Shown: positions 10,667 to 22,982 of the stretch, piece by piece | Numbering within the stretch: position 1 is the first letter of the stretch | How the letters are laid out: the number at the start of each line of letters is the position of its first letter | From: Perkinsela sp. CCAP 1560/9 | Lineage: Eukaryota > Protista > Euglenozoa: Kinetoplastea | Direction of reading: 5' to 3' | Assembly (NCBI GenBank): GCA_965644495.1 | Contig: CBFFSA010000003.1 | Location: forward strand, 1,240,001 to 1,304,000 | DNA: 64,000 bases | Notes under the pieces: model-generated | Database searches by the model: none | The model's input: the letters and a program-made list of their open reading frames with translations, nothing else | Told to the model about the DNA's origin: nothing | Translations under genes and position numbers: made by a program

Positions 10667-11649
10667 AAATCCAAAATACTACATATTGCAACAAAAATAG
10701 GTTAATTTTGAGTCTGAACTTGATCTAACTTGAACTTTGAAGCTAAGGTACCTACTTGATTCAATGTTTGATGAATCTTTAGATTGTTGAACGTGACAGC
10801 AAAATAAAAATTACCGTTCTAAAAAGTGACAAATTTATAAAAAATCATACTGTTACCCCCCCTTTATAATTCCGCCGGTTTCGGTGCTTTTAGAAGTATA
10901 AACGTTGGAACCTGACCTTTGGAAGTATATATGGTGGGCCACGAAAACTGACTAGCTTTTCATGACTTTGCCTTTTAGCCTTATGAGCCCGTTTGAGCCA
11001 ATTTTTTTTACAAACGAGAGATCTCGCTCTGAATATCGTGTCTACGCTATTTAGAGCCCGCTTCTACTAATCAGATACTTTTTATTTACAAAACATTGAA
11101 ATTTGGGGCAAAAAGTACCGAAAATCGTAAAAAAGGCTCTTTTTTTGTCTTACTTTTTGGGCTGTAGGCAGGAAAAGGTACTATTTTAGAGGCATATAGA
11201 CTTCGGAAGTTTAAAAGGGGGTCTGAATTTTCGAAAAATGCGCGAAAGAAATTTCAGCGATTATTCTACGCGGAAGCCTCCGAGCTACTTTCCTACAAGA
11301 CCACTGCCAATCGCTTGTCTGGAATCGTTAAAAGCACTAATGGCATTCACTAATGGTCTCTTCAAGTGGGGCGCGAGTCACAGCTTGCTGCGACTAACTT
11401 CGTCCGATTTATCGGGCTTTCCCACTTAGAGAGTCGAGGGGTCATAATTCTTCGGAGTCAAACGGCCAAGTCCAACAGCAGTCCAATAACAATGGCATTA
11501 TACACACATACAATAACAAGGCTCTACACTTTTCACCGCTTACTTTTGCGTTTTCCTGCAACCGATCCTAGAGATGGTTCTAGAGATGGTCCTCAGCCTA
11601 GTAGTCTCCGACCATAAAAGGATGCGACTCTCAAGCTTCCTTTGATTTA

Positions 11650-12425
11650 CAGGGGGTGGCGCAAAAATATGGGGGGCGTCAAAATTCTTATAAATTGTCC
11701 AATTTTGGAAAGTAGCACCGCATTCGAGAGCTCTCGCGGAGATATCCACATGTACGTGTCACCTGATACTGCGTTTCCCGTGTTTTAAATTTTTTTATTT
11801 CGGGACAAAAAAAATACGTTTTTGGAACTTGCAATTTTCTTCAGATTCTTCGATTTTTTCGATATTTTGGGTAGTTTCCTTCTATTTTTTTACCTTTCCG
11901 CTTCGTTATCCCACAGAAACAGGATATTCCAATAGCACGGGTGTACAGCACCGTGATCGGAATTGTTACAGTACTCGAGGACAGCTTAAAGTCACCCACC
12001 ACATACTTTTAGTAAGGAAGTATGAAGAAAATATTTGTGGGATAACTGATGCCCACAAAAGCTCATTATGCCCCACAAATCGGTCAGAGTTGCGATCGGC
12101 GATCGCATATGGGATTGGATTGTTGAAAGGAGAACAGAAAAAATCATTTTTAGACACTTTAAGGACAGTTCCAACTCGTATTAAGATTACATTAACAAAA
12201 ATATGGAGGATATTAAATGGATATAAACGAGATATTTTTCAAATTTTAAAACTTGCAATTGGTGTTTTCAGCCCCTTTGGCATAGGGACCTACCCCCCTG
12301 GATACGGGAAACGCATTATCAGGTGACACGTATCTCTGCGAGAGCTCTCGAATGCGTTGCTACTTTTCAAAATTGGATAAGTTATAAAAAATTTGACCCT
12401 CCCCATATTTTCGTGCCACCCCCTG
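11650..12425 (+). mobile_element. Internally deleted Tc1-like element (non-autonomous)
   Basis: TA|CAGGGGGTGGC...GCCACCCCCTG|TA with ~110-bp imperfect TIRs. Remnant ENICGITDAHKSSLCPTNRSELRSAI aligns with the C-terminus of the 23204-24325 transposase (ENLWSVMDTDKNLLRPRNRQQLEAAI). Confidence 0.8.
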
Positions 12426-12975
12426 TATATTGTGAGCTCCTGTGCGCTAGTGTCTGTATCACTAGGCAAGCCATCTAAATCCGGTACAATTTCGACCTTG
12501 CTCCAAATTTCCTCGAACAAACATCTGTATGGCGATCACATCGCTATCCAGCGAAGCCCGGCGCGGATTGAATTCTCATCCCATGATCGAATAAAGAAAA
12601 TTACATGCGGTGCCGAGAAGATGAGCTCCTTAATACCAAGCGAAGTTTTTTCTACTTTAAATGGGATACGAAAGAGGTGTTGTAAACCACGATATAGATA
12701 CTATACCCCCCGTACTTATTTGTCACCCCTTTTTGGAGAAAAGTGACAAATAAGTAGGGGGGTTGGGTATGTGACAAATAACTAGGGGGGTGGCGTTCGG
12801 TGTGTGACAAATAACAAATAATAGGGGGGTAAGTGTCGTTGAGCGCGCCCAAAATAGAAACACTTTGCGACCTGGAAATCAGTACAGAAACGGCATCGGT
12901 GAAAGGGGACTTTTTTTCCCCCGAAAAAAACTTAAATTGTTTTCATGGCGGTTTTTCAAACAAGATTTCAGTATT

Positions 12976-14329
12976 GGTGAGTCTCTAGTTCGCAATTTTT
13001 CGTCGCAAAAAAATACTCACAGCTACTCACAGCGACTCACAGCGATCTACAGGTACTCAAAGTTTCTGCTATTCCATACAGAATTGCACTGTGTTCTAGA
13101 CTTCTTGTTCAAAAGTTATTTGGTGTAAAAATAGAATTTACCTTCTCTAAATCTTTTTCTAGAAGATTTTCTTATTTATAAGTAATGTCGGTGTGCTAGC
13201 TGCTTCGTTAAAAAGCGGTAGTTGTTGGTAAACGGGCTTCGCAAATTGCTTCCCACTAACGACGCAGTGTATGGCCCGCTCACGCGGGCTCTCGCCATAC
13301 CCCCCTTCGGCTTCGCAAATTGCTTCCGACTAACTACGCCGCTTATGGCTGAAAATACATCCGCCCGGAGTCGAACCTGCGACCACCAGATTATGAACGG
13401 CAGGTCTTACCAACTGGGCTACCTGGGTTCGAGTCCCGCGACCTACGTTTAAGCATCGTGATATGTGCCCGAATCGAGGATAGAGGGGGGGGCTGGGCCC
13501 CCTTTTCTCACCCTGCTGGATCCACCCTCCCCCGGACACCATAAAGAGGGGAGAGGCACAGGTTGTAAACAACCCCCACAAGGACTGAACTATACGTGCG
13601 TTTACACTGTTTTCACTGCGATAAGGTGACGCAGTTCCGTGCTCGGACTCCCTCCTTTTGCCTTGATTGCGGCAACGAGCACACCAGTGAGCAATGCACT
13701 TCACTTGTGTGCCTGTTGGATGCAACATTTGCCCTTCTTGCAATAAGCCACAAGATCAGCACACCTTGGGCCCCGAAGAAGCGTGGGTTAGACCAAAAAA
13801 AGAGTCCAAGAAGCATGTTGTGTCTACGAAGGGTGGACAGTATGCCAACGGAAACTGACATTCGCACTTGTGGCCCAGGTGCTCTGCATAATACAGCGGA
13901 GCTTTACTGTGGGTAAGTCGAAAGTTTATCGTCGTGCGGCAACTTCTGTTGCGGAATATTTTCGTCGTGAGCTTCCCTCTGGCAACATCCCTGTTCTGTC
14001 GAAAACGTTGCGCCGCATGTGGGTAACGTTAAGGGAACTGCATCGAAGAGTGTTAAAGAGCAAAGGGATGAACGAATGGCAATGATACACCACCAGATAG
14101 GGCATCTGCTTGAGGGCTACACTGTTCGGCGCGATCGTTTATATTTGGCTAAGGATGCCATTTTCAGTGGTGCAGAAACGCCGCATGACCTTTTCTGCGT
14201 TCTTTGAAGTCATTGAAAGTATTCACAGCTACTTGAAAAATACTCACAGCTACTCACAGCGAATCACAGCAGCCCACAGCGATTCACAGAAACCCGCACA
14301 TATCTACAGATACTAACTACAGACTCACC
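12976..14329. mobile_element. Non-autonomous TIR element with 3-bp TSD (PIF/Harbinger-like by TSD length)
   Basis: ATT|GGTGAGTCTCTAGTT ... AACTACAGACTCACC|ATT; subterminal (ACTCACAGC)n arrays near both ends. Confidence 0.55.
13356..13428 (-). pseudogene. Degenerate tRNA-like sequence (CAT anticodon-like loop)
   Basis: A box TAGCCCAGTTGG, TTCATAA loop, B box GGTTCGACTCC, followed by TTTT; acceptor and anticodon stems do not pair. Confidence 0.45.
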
Positions 14330-14726
14330 ATTATCCAAGCGAGTGATTAAACATCGTATTTTTGCTACTTACACGACTCCGCCCTATCTTTTTTCTTTAC
14401 ACAGGCTGTAAAATGTATGACAGTATCACTTTTTGTAGTTGGGAACCTTGGATGAAGTGATGATAGAAGCCTGTACCGTACGATGTGAATTAAGGAGTTC
14501 TTGTAATCCGCTGTTTAAGGAATTTGAAATTATTGTCCAGGCTCAGAACCAGAACCAAGATAGAGCTCATACATTTTCTTGTTTGGTATATTTTATTAAG
14601 GGAAGTACGAAGTTAATTTTTTTGGGGGGAAAAAGAGTCCCTTTTGACCACGGTATCTTTTTCTCCATGCAAGTTCTTTTCTTGCCATAATAGATAAAGG
14701 CTCGCAACAGAAGCCTACATGTATAA

Positions 14727-14819
14727 TATTGTTGTCAGACTCACATCAGGAGCCTATATTATTGTTGTCAGACTCACATCAGGAGCCTATATTATAGTTG
14801 TCAGACTCACATCAGGAGC
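14727..14819. repeat. Minisatellite, 3 x 33-bp unit GTTGTCAGACTCACATCAGGAGCCTATATTATT
   Basis: Units start at 14731, 14764 and 14797 with no unique spacers. Confidence 0.9.
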
Positions 14820-14834
14820 GTACCTTATCAACTA

Positions 14835-15062
14835 ATGTGCCCCCCCCCCACTTATAGTACCGCGGTTTTCGACCGAACGGCACTGCTTTAATTCTAATTA
14901 CCCTTAATTGAAGTTTCACCGGTAACCCGCCCACATTTTCCTGTGCCCCCCACTTATAGTGCCGCGGTTTTCGACCAAACGGCACTATACAGTGAGTGTT
15001 AAGCCCCACAGCGAGTGTAAGTGGGGGGTACCCCGCGGCACTATAAGTGGGTGGGGGCACAG
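14835..15062. mobile_element. Pogo-type MITE (~230 bp)
   Basis: TA|ATGTGCCCCCCCCCCACTTATAGTACCGCGG ... CCGCGGCACTATAAGTGGGTGGGGGCACAG|TA; internal duplicate of the left end at ~14941. Confidence 0.7.
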
Positions 15063-16210
15063 TAATATCAAACTTTTTAGGGTGGACACTTTAATATCAA
15101 AATTGCCAGCTTAATATCAAACTTTGATTTTGATATTGGAGTGAACCGCGGTTTAAATAGGGTGTAATGGGACAATAATTTTTTTGAACACAAATCGGGA
15201 AAAAAAAATCGGCGCCGCTGCGCGGCTCCTGTTTTGTCTGACTGACAATTGTGTAGGGGGGGTGAATTCACTATATTTTCCCAGATGACAAATAAGTAGG
15301 GGGGTGGGAGGGTGACAATTATGTAGGGGGGGCATAGTAAGTCCACATTATTTGTAAGTAAGATAAAGGATTCGTGCGCGAGTTGTACGATTCAATACTG
15401 TTCAATACTATTGTCGACGCAGTTCGTCAAATCAGGAGCACTCCACTGCTTACGAAGCGGGGAGAAAGGGAAGAGTATCGACCTCTGAGGGAAGATGTCC
15501 GACACAACAATATTGATCAATATTAATAAAAGGCAGGGTAGGGGAGGGCATCGAAGAACAGGTTAGGTAAGGACGTGCCAAGTAAGATCTAACCCAAAAG
15601 TTATAATTCTTTTGCAGCGTCTTCGCTCATCATAGAAAGTAGCTTGTGTCTAATTAGATTGTCTAATTAAATTGAATGTCTAATTAAATTTTATTAAAGC
15701 ATTTAAAGCATTTAAAAAACGAGAAAGACGTTTGAGCACATTTTTTAGTTAACAAAGGGGTTAGCCTTACTTTTTCATGAAACTGAAAAACGAGGATAAG
15801 TCAGGGGAGAAAAAAGTCACCCCCTGACTAAACAACTTCAGAAAAACTCAAAAATATAGAGAAATAAAGCTGCTATTCAAATCTAGTTCGCGCACTGCAC
15901 ATTTATTGACTCGTATACAGTGTATGTAGGCTCGTAAATACAGTTTACTAGTCTGCCTGTCTTCAAATTTTTCGGGGCAGAATAAAAGCTCTATAAAATG
16001 CAGCACAATGGCTGCGTTTAAAAAAAGTGCATTATTCCTCTTCATAAAAAATAACATCGAATTCTGATTCATTTTTTAATAAATAACACACTATTCTGAG
16101 TAAGGTATTAATAGTGTTCAATTAAATCTTAGCTACAAAATAGATTATTGGTAGATTAAAAGGTTATTATTGATTTCATGAATTTAGCAGCATGACACGC
16201 AAAACAACTT

Positions 16211-17779
16211 TTAAACACTACAATTACGACGATGCCATGCATTTGGACCGTATCGCTCAAGCATTGACGGATCGGCAAATATTCTTTTCCGACACGCAGC
16301 CTCGCCACACACACAATCAAAAGGTTTCATAATTTCATCACGAAACGTAGCATAATCGATAGTCAGTTCTTCACCTTTCACTATGTCACGAGAGGCAATA
16401 ATATTGAGCGAATTCGGTGCCTCAAACATCGTATTCGGGGAGCAACTATGACTAATTGGACGCCACTTTGTGTGGTCCTCGTCCCGCACTACATAGAGAT
16501 GCCGGTCGTCGGACAAAGGCCAAGCGTATCGCTCAAAATTGGCCTTATCATCACCCCTCCAGTGCTTCGTGACGTGAGCCAACGTCGCAATAGACATAGG
16601 CCTTCCTTCGTCGACAAAGACTGGACCAAATTGAAGAACATTCCGAGTTGCTTTCAAGTAATATCCTTTTTTTTTGCTGTAAACAGCCTGATATGCAGGA
16701 CATCTATTCTTACAAGTCAGAACGGCGCTTTGAATGAGTGTTGTGGCGAATTGCCGAGGTCCAAAATCAGACTCAAATTTCAATATCCAATCCGCAGAAC
16801 TTTCTAGACCTGGTGGGTATAACACTCCACAATTCGGGTTTATCTCCAGAAAGAAAACCTCTCCAGTGCTTCTGCGCACTCTGAGATCGCATCTCCCGTA
16901 GCCTATGCCCCCCAAAATCTTTTCGAATGCTACTTTGCCTACGCGCATCATTTCTTGACAAAGAGTATCTGATTTTTCAACCGGAAACCATTCAATACCT
17001 TCGTAGTTAATCCATTTCAAATTAAAATGTTTAAAATCTTCACCTTCAGGAAACCTCATTTGGGCAGGAGGCAAGACCTTCGTACCCTCAGGAGTCTGAA
17101 GAGCGAGTACCGTAACTTCGTCTCCTTCAATGAATTCTTCCACCATTGCAATGTTTGAACGTGATATAAATGTTTCTATTTGACTTAGGACATCTTCGTA
17201 GTTTCGGCACTTGCTTTGCTTTGTGAGCCCTTCGCTTGCACAACCGTGGGGATGCTTTACAATCATTGGAAATTTTAGCGCATGCAATTCAGTCTGCAAG
17301 GCAATAATGGTTTCAGGTGTCTCATCAAAGACAACGTAAGGAGGCACCTTTATTCTGTTGAAGTGTGCAATTAGCTTCATCTCAGGTTTACTTGGATCGA
17401 AATGTTTCGCGTCTGCGCCTGTATAGGGAACTCCAAATTCTTCAAGAGCACGCACTACCTCTACGCCAGCCCGGTCCTCGTCCTTACCTCCATCGCACAA
17501 ATTAAAGAAGCAATCATAATTTCCATTGTGGACCAGAGATCGAATAACGCGGTACGAGGTAGCCTTATGCAGTTGAACCAAATCAAAGATATACTGTGGA
17601 TTACGAGAATGCTGAAAAGAACCGTGCTTCTGATTATCTAAAAAATCTTTCACATTCGCTTGCGTCCCAATCGTTTCACACTCTGGAAAATAATGTGCCG
17701 GAGTACAAATGTAATCATCATACTGGGCACTATCCGAGGTGCTTTCATCATACGAGCTGAGTAGAACACACACTTTCAT
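16211..17779 (-). CDS. D-Ala-D-Ala ligase-like ATP-grasp / SET-domain fusion protein
   Basis: First ATG gives MKVCVLLSSY. ATP-grasp motifs FNLCDG, PYTGAD, FPMIVKH, VEEFIEG.E, GYGRCDLR, FFLEINPNCG. C-terminal SET/post-SET ISHSCSPN, GEELTIDY, F.C.CG...CR. Confidence 0.88.
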   Translation of the reverse strand: MKVCVLLSSYDESTSDSAQYDDYICTPAHYFPECETIGTQANVKDFLDNQKHGSFQHSRNPQYIFDLVQLHKATSYRVIRSLVHNGNYDCFFNLCDGGKDEDRAGVEVVRALEEFGVPYTGADAKHFDPSKPEMKLIAHFNRIKVPPYVVFDETPETIIALQTELHALKFPMIVKHPHGCASEGLTKQSKCRNYEDVLSQIETFISRSNIAMVEEFIEGDEVTVLALQTPEGTKVLPPAQMRFPEGEDFKHFNLKWINYEGIEWFPVEKSDTLCQEMMRVGKVAFEKILGGIGYGRCDLRVRRSTGEVFFLEINPNCGVLYPPGLESSADWILKFESDFGPRQFATTLIQSAVLTCKNRCPAYQAVYSKKKGYYLKATRNVLQFGPVFVDEGRPMSIATLAHVTKHWRGDDKANFERYAWPLSDDRHLYVVRDEDHTKWRPISHSCSPNTMFEAPNSLNIIASRDIVKGEELTIDYATFRDEIMKPFDCVCGEAACRKRIFADPSMLERYGPNAWHRRNCSV

Positions 17780-18456
17780 TACAGGAGAGATATGTATATT
17801 CTTTTCAGGCAAATAATATTTTTCTTAAATGAGAGACGTTCACCCGTTCTACCTACCATCCTTTATAAACCCCTCGACACCGATACAAGTGCAGTCCATA
17901 AATGCATAGGACAACGCTATAAGCGCATGTTTGCACAGCCCCTCAAGTGTTTCTCTCTCTTCCCCTTCCACCTTTTTGAGTACAAAATAGCAAACAATTT
18001 TATGCAATAAAATCATTTTAATTAAAAACAATTGAATTTTTGTAAGATTTAAAACGTAATCTCACGTAATCTCTAAACAATAATGTATAAAAAGGGAATA
18101 TCATTCACAAGTTCGTTTTTTTGGATCCAAAATATTTTGGTCGACAATTCGCTGTACAGTGAAACAGTGGAGCGTAAGAGACTGTCCGTTTTGTACGAAG
18201 CCACGAGGGACCTGTGGAAGAGGATCAGTCAAAAGGTATCGTAGGGCGATGAAGTTGAGTGAGGAAAATGAAGAACTTCTTAGCGGATGTCCTTCCTTTA
18301 GCATAAAATGTGTCCTTCCTTTATTATAAACTCGGGCATCCCTGTTCCCTGACTACAAGGGAATGTACAGCCAGGGAAATGAAATACGTAGTACATTTTT
18401 TAAAAATGGGTAAAAATTTTACCTAACTTCTCGGATCTAGCATTGCAGGAATGTGC

Positions 18457-20073
18457 CTAGGCGAAAAATACAAAGGGGGTACGCCGATTTTCTCCCAATG
18501 CTATAACAGTGACAAAAGGCCTTTTTTCCGGTGAGGGCACATTCTGATAAAGGGATTTCAATGCCTCAGTCAATTGGTCCAAAGATATTATCTTATTTAT
18601 GTGCACAAAGGTGAAGGACTTCTTTTTCTGCAATATGCTAGCTGCCCAATCACTTTTGGCATTCACGCTCTTATGTGTACAAAAACTTGTTGTAAATGAG
18701 TCTAAGGGAAATCCTGCGATGTTTTTTGGGAGAAACACATTACACAGACAAGATGGCTGAGAATCAATACTCTTTTCGTTGTCGTCTAAAAAATGATTAT
18801 TGCTGCACGACGCAACGATGTTGCTACAGTACGAGTGTGTCGTAATGCCCTGGCCCTGTAGATGACACAGAAAACGACTCTTCACAGCATTCATAGATAA
18901 TTCTTTATTTCGAGGTGAGCATTCAAGCTTTAAATTGGACCCGAAGTGAATTCCTTTCGATAATTTAAGACAAAAAAGATCTGCCGTTGCAAGGGCATCT
19001 TCCACGCTGTCGTGGCCGAGCGCTGGATTATTCTGAATAGTACGATTAAGTAGAACCCTGCATAACGTTTTTAGTGAGTATTGCGGACTGCGCCTCGTAT
19101 TTATACCTTCTATTTCGGAATTCGACCCTCTGGGATAAAGCAAGGTAAGTTCTGCAATTCTTGAATGTTGGATGCGCAGAGCCTTTAAATCATTGATGAT
19201 GCTGTGTCCGACAAGAATCGTATCCTCGAAAATCAAATTCGCCAATAAATAAGATTGCACGTCATGTATGGTCGTCTTTACCCCCAGCAATTTTTTTCTT
19301 GTTATTCCACTGTAAGCCGTTAAATAGTTTGTAACCGGGTTTTCTGGCTGTACAATTTCGTCATACACAACTGAACGAGTTGTACAATCCACGATCGAGA
19401 CTCTCGCGAGCTCTTGCCCATGTTGAGTTAGCACCATTTCACAATCAATGGCTAACAATTTTTCTGCGCTACGTACTGTGCTTCTTGTGGGGGGCTGAGT
19501 TTTAATAAAATTTTGATTTTCAGCATGTGAGTCAATCCCTAGAATGAGCATATCTTCCGCCGATGCAAGCAAATGTTTTGCGCTACATAGTCGAAAAGGC
19601 AGATCCCTAGCCTCGTTAAATTGAATTTCGTTGGAAGAAACTTGAATTTGTTCTATGGGCATGTCCAAGTCCGTCTTGCGAAGGATTTTTGTAAGTTTGA
19701 CCCCATTGCAAAAGAATTCTTCGCAGAATAGCTCAAATCGAGTATTGGCAATTCTGTTCGGAAGCTTCATGTCGAATTGATGCAAGTCACATATTCTTGA
19801 CACATTCTCCTCTATCTCATCAATTACAAATAAAACTGCGATCCTTGGTGTTGTATCTGCAAATGATATCCACTTCGGTGTACTCACGAGGGATTTGCTC
19901 AGAATTGAGGTAATCATGGATTGCACAATGCTCGGTTTGAGTATAACCGTAGAATCAAGTGTGATACAATATGGTTTTTGAGAAAACACATTTCCTCTTT
20001 CGGCGCAAGTACAATGTAATTCATGTTTCTGGGAGTCGCCATTTTTTTCTAGCCCCACGTCCTTTCTAGTCAT
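18457..20073 (-). CDS. REX1-like DEDDh RNA exonuclease
   Basis: LAIDCEMV, ELARVSIVD, NYLTAYSGIT, ILVGHSI.NDL.AL, GHDSVEDA. Confidence 0.9.
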   Translation of the reverse strand: MTRKDVGLEKNGDSQKHELHCTCAERGNVFSQKPYCITLDSTVILKPSIVQSMITSILSKSLVSTPKWISFADTTPRIAVLFVIDEIEENVSRICDLHQFDMKLPNRIANTRFELFCEEFFCNGVKLTKILRKTDLDMPIEQIQVSSNEIQFNEARDLPFRLCSAKHLLASAEDMLILGIDSHAENQNFIKTQPPTRSTVRSAEKLLAIDCEMVLTQHGQELARVSIVDCTTRSVVYDEIVQPENPVTNYLTAYSGITRKKLLGVKTTIHDVQSYLLANLIFEDTILVGHSIINDLKALRIQHSRIAELTLLYPRGSNSEIEGINTRRSPQYSLKTLCRVLLNRTIQNNPALGHDSVEDALATADLFCLKLSKGIHFGSNLKLECSPRNKELSMNAVKSRFLCHLQGQGITTHSYCSNIVASCSNNHFLDDNEKSIDSQPSCLCNVFLPKNIAGFPLDSFTTSFCTHKSVNAKSDWAASILQKKKSFTFVHINKIISLDQLTEALKSLYQNVPSPEKRPFVTVIALGENRRTPFVFFA

Positions 20074-20539
20074 GAATCGTAATGCTCATATAAGTCACGT
20101 TGTTAAAATTGTCATTCAATTTACTCTTGAAATTTACGACTCTCTTAGACCTTTCCCTATCATTCCCTCCCGTATTGTAAGCTACGGTGGTGCAGCTAAT
20201 CATGGAAGTCCACTTATAGTCGAAGCTTACGGGTAACATCCCGTATTAAGCTAACTGGGGATTTCCTTAGATTTTTGTCGCTGTTTTGTACAAAAGACGA
20301 AATGTCGCCATTTTCAAGCGAATTAGAGTGTTCTATACGTATTCGTCGCACCATAATACATGCGTGGCGATAAATTTACACTGTAGTTGCGGTGGTTGTA
20401 TAACTACCGCTCTACCCTCGATTATTGAAAAACAGTGAACATACAGAGGAAGTGTATAAAGAGGAACACAATAGTATAATAAAGGAAAAAAAAATAAAAG
20501 GGGGCTCCGGTGGTCCAAAATTGAAACAAAATGAGAATG

Positions 20540-20975
20540 GGGGTCCAGGGGGGACGGGGGCGGGGGAAGGCAGGGGGGGGCAGGGGGGCTAGGGGGGAAG
20601 TCCAGGTGTCACAGCGATTATGTCACCTAATGGCAAAAAAAGAAGGTAAATGATATTATCAAAGAAAGTGAACTAGTTCGAATATCAGGCTATGTCTTCA
20701 GTTCGATGAGTTTTTCATCGAATTGGATTTAAAGTACTTTCGTATGATTTTATGAGGTCCAGGGCGGGGAGGGCAGGGGGGTCCGGGGCGGGGGGGTCCG
20801 GGGCAGGGGGGGTCCAGGGCGGGGGGGGGGGGCAGGGGGGTTGCAGGGGGGTTCCAGGGGGGGCGCTCGCACATTGTTTAGGCTCTTCGTTAAACGCGGT
20901 GGTTGTTTTCAACTTAGAAGTCACTCATGTTGCGCGCTTCGCGTTGAAAACTACCACCGCGTTTAACGAAGAGCC
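20540..20975. repeat. G-rich short repeats followed by a ~33-bp inverted repeat (likely MITE remnants)
   Basis: (GGCAGGGGGG/GGGTCC)n runs. GGCTCTTCGTTAAACGCGGTGGTTGTTTTCAAC ... GTTGAAAACTACCACCGCGTTTAACGAAGAGCC. Related motifs at ~9024 and ~27450. Confidence 0.55.
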
Positions 20976-22052
20976 TGAAAAACGGCCCGGAAAGCCGAAG
21001 AAACCGGAAGGATTTGAGGCAAAAATAGCCGATTTTTACATACCTTAGCGAGTACGGAGTGTACGTACGATTTGCCGAGTACATGCGAGTACGTACTCGC
21101 ATGTTCTCGCTAAAAATAAATTTTGATGTCGACCTCTTAGCTTTGGAAATCTAGGGGAATTGGGTTGGACACAGCCCTTTTTAATATGAGTAGCTATTCT
21201 TCTAACGGTCTCGTATATCACAAGGGATGCAGTATCTTATATCTTGATGGTTCATGAACCAATGAACACAATGAACAACAAAAGGTGATAACCAGGAGAT
21301 TTTAGTACCGCTACTAGCATAGCATGGTAACATCATGTAAAGAGCTCCGTATCTGTATAAGAGTTTTTCGAGGCGAAGCATGGACTTTGAAGCTCGATTG
21401 CCCTTCCCACATTCAGCGACAACATAGGCTTCAACTAATTTCATATTTTTTCAAATACCACGCGCTAAGGTTTCCTCGTCGTCCCGTCCAACCGGCGAAA
21501 TTTTGTCATGTACAACCCGCGTCATATTGATCCCCCCCTCAGGAAATTTTAGTTTTTTTATCCGATTTTGCTCATCTGTGCAGCATTCGGGAGATCTCTT
21601 TCCCATGGGAAAGTACTTTGCCACTGTTTTTACCCTTTAGCCAGACGCTTCGAAATAGTGGAAAATTACACGTTTTTTTACTAAAATTTTTGAATAGATT
21701 TAAAAATTGCTTATTTTTTAATGACTTTTTCTCCTTCCAGCACCCCGAAGAGGCCGAAACGGCACGTATGCTCATCTGAATCCCTTAAAAATACCGTTAG
21801 TTACATGAAAAATACGAATTCCTCGAAAAAAAGCTTTGTAGCTAAGCGGCGATCACACATGATTTTTGTCATTTTCCTAACTTTTTCTGTTTTTTCCTAA
21901 CTTTGGGATTCTCTCCAGGGGGCACCGGTGAAAGTCAAGGACTTTTGCATAAGTAAAGGACTATTGCATAAGTAAAGGACTATTGCGGTGGTTGTTTACA
22001 ACCTCTGCCTCTCCCTTCTTTATGCTGTCCGGGGTAGGGTGGATCCAGCAGG

Positions 22053-22331
22053 GTGAGAAGAAAGCGTGAGCTTTCTTTCCCGAACTATGAGGTACAGGCA
22101 CAATCAGAGAACTCCGGAGAACATTCTGATAAGATTGGAAGTGTTGTAAAAAAGCAACATCAGACAATTAAATGTTACAATTGTCTGGAAGAAGGCCACT
22201 ATGCCGCAAATTGTAAAAGCCCCACGTATTGCTATACCTGTGGAGGGAAGGTCGGACACAAATGTGGGAGTGAACAGTGTCCAGGCAAGACTAAGCGAAA
22301 GGCCTTCAATACGTGGAGACAAAGAGAGTGA
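22053..22331 (+). pseudogene. Gag/ORF1-like zinc-knuckle fragment
   Basis: CYNCLEEGHYAANC and CYTCGGKVGH...C CCHC knuckles; no ATG start. Confidence 0.6.
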
Positions 22332-22982
22332 CAGTGAAGTGAATACATGATTGTCGTTTAAAAAGGGAGAAAAAATAAATCTTACATTGGGTGAAAAAAG
22401 TGAACAACGATGGGCGATTTGTTGGAAGCTATGTTTCACCAGCACCTGCTCAGGGCAGTGAAGCGCACTTCCTGCAACGGGCGGAGGTCGGACGCCTACC
22501 CCAGAACTGCAGCGCACGGACGAATGTTCGAGTAAATTTGTTTGTTTGTTTGGTACAAGAGCGCCTGCCATCCCCACAAGCAAGCGCCGCAAGTACCAAC
22601 TCCGGCTCCCGGCTCAATCCGGGTACGGGGACGCAAGGCTCTCCTGGGGCGCTTCACTGGTGGCAAATAACACTCTGTAGTATAGTATACCTACTATGTG
22701 CCAGTCCCACTAGGATGGTTCCCATTCAAGCACGTGCACCGCATTTATCATTCACTGCGTCAGAGCTTAAATGGACATTGATGACGTACTGCTTCTCGTA
22801 CTTTATATGCCTAAAATGTATACTTTTATAATTCTGCATGTATGTATATTATATATAATAGATTATTATATATATTACGCAGTATCGTGATATCGATCGT
22901 AAGTATTAGCAGGGTTCGCAGAAACTATAATATAGTAAAATATAGTTTTTTTTATTGAATATAGTTACTATATAGTACTATA

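Larger units (their letters stand above)
12701..15337. mobile_element. TA-flanked pogo-like MITE shell containing nested insertions
   Basis: TA|CTATACCCCCCGTACTTATTTGTCACCC ... GGGTGACAATTATGTAGGGGGGGCATAG|TA. Repeated TGACAAATAAGTAGGGGG motifs near both ends. Subterminal GGCGCCGCTGCGCGGC shared with the 46405-48803 pogo element. Confidence 0.5.

Noticed and set aside
14727-14819. CRISPR-like 33-bp repeats
   Set aside because: Head-to-tail with no unique spacers, no cas genes, eukaryotic context
18101-18304. Small minus-strand ORF between host genes
   Set aside because: 67 aa with no motif; insufficient support
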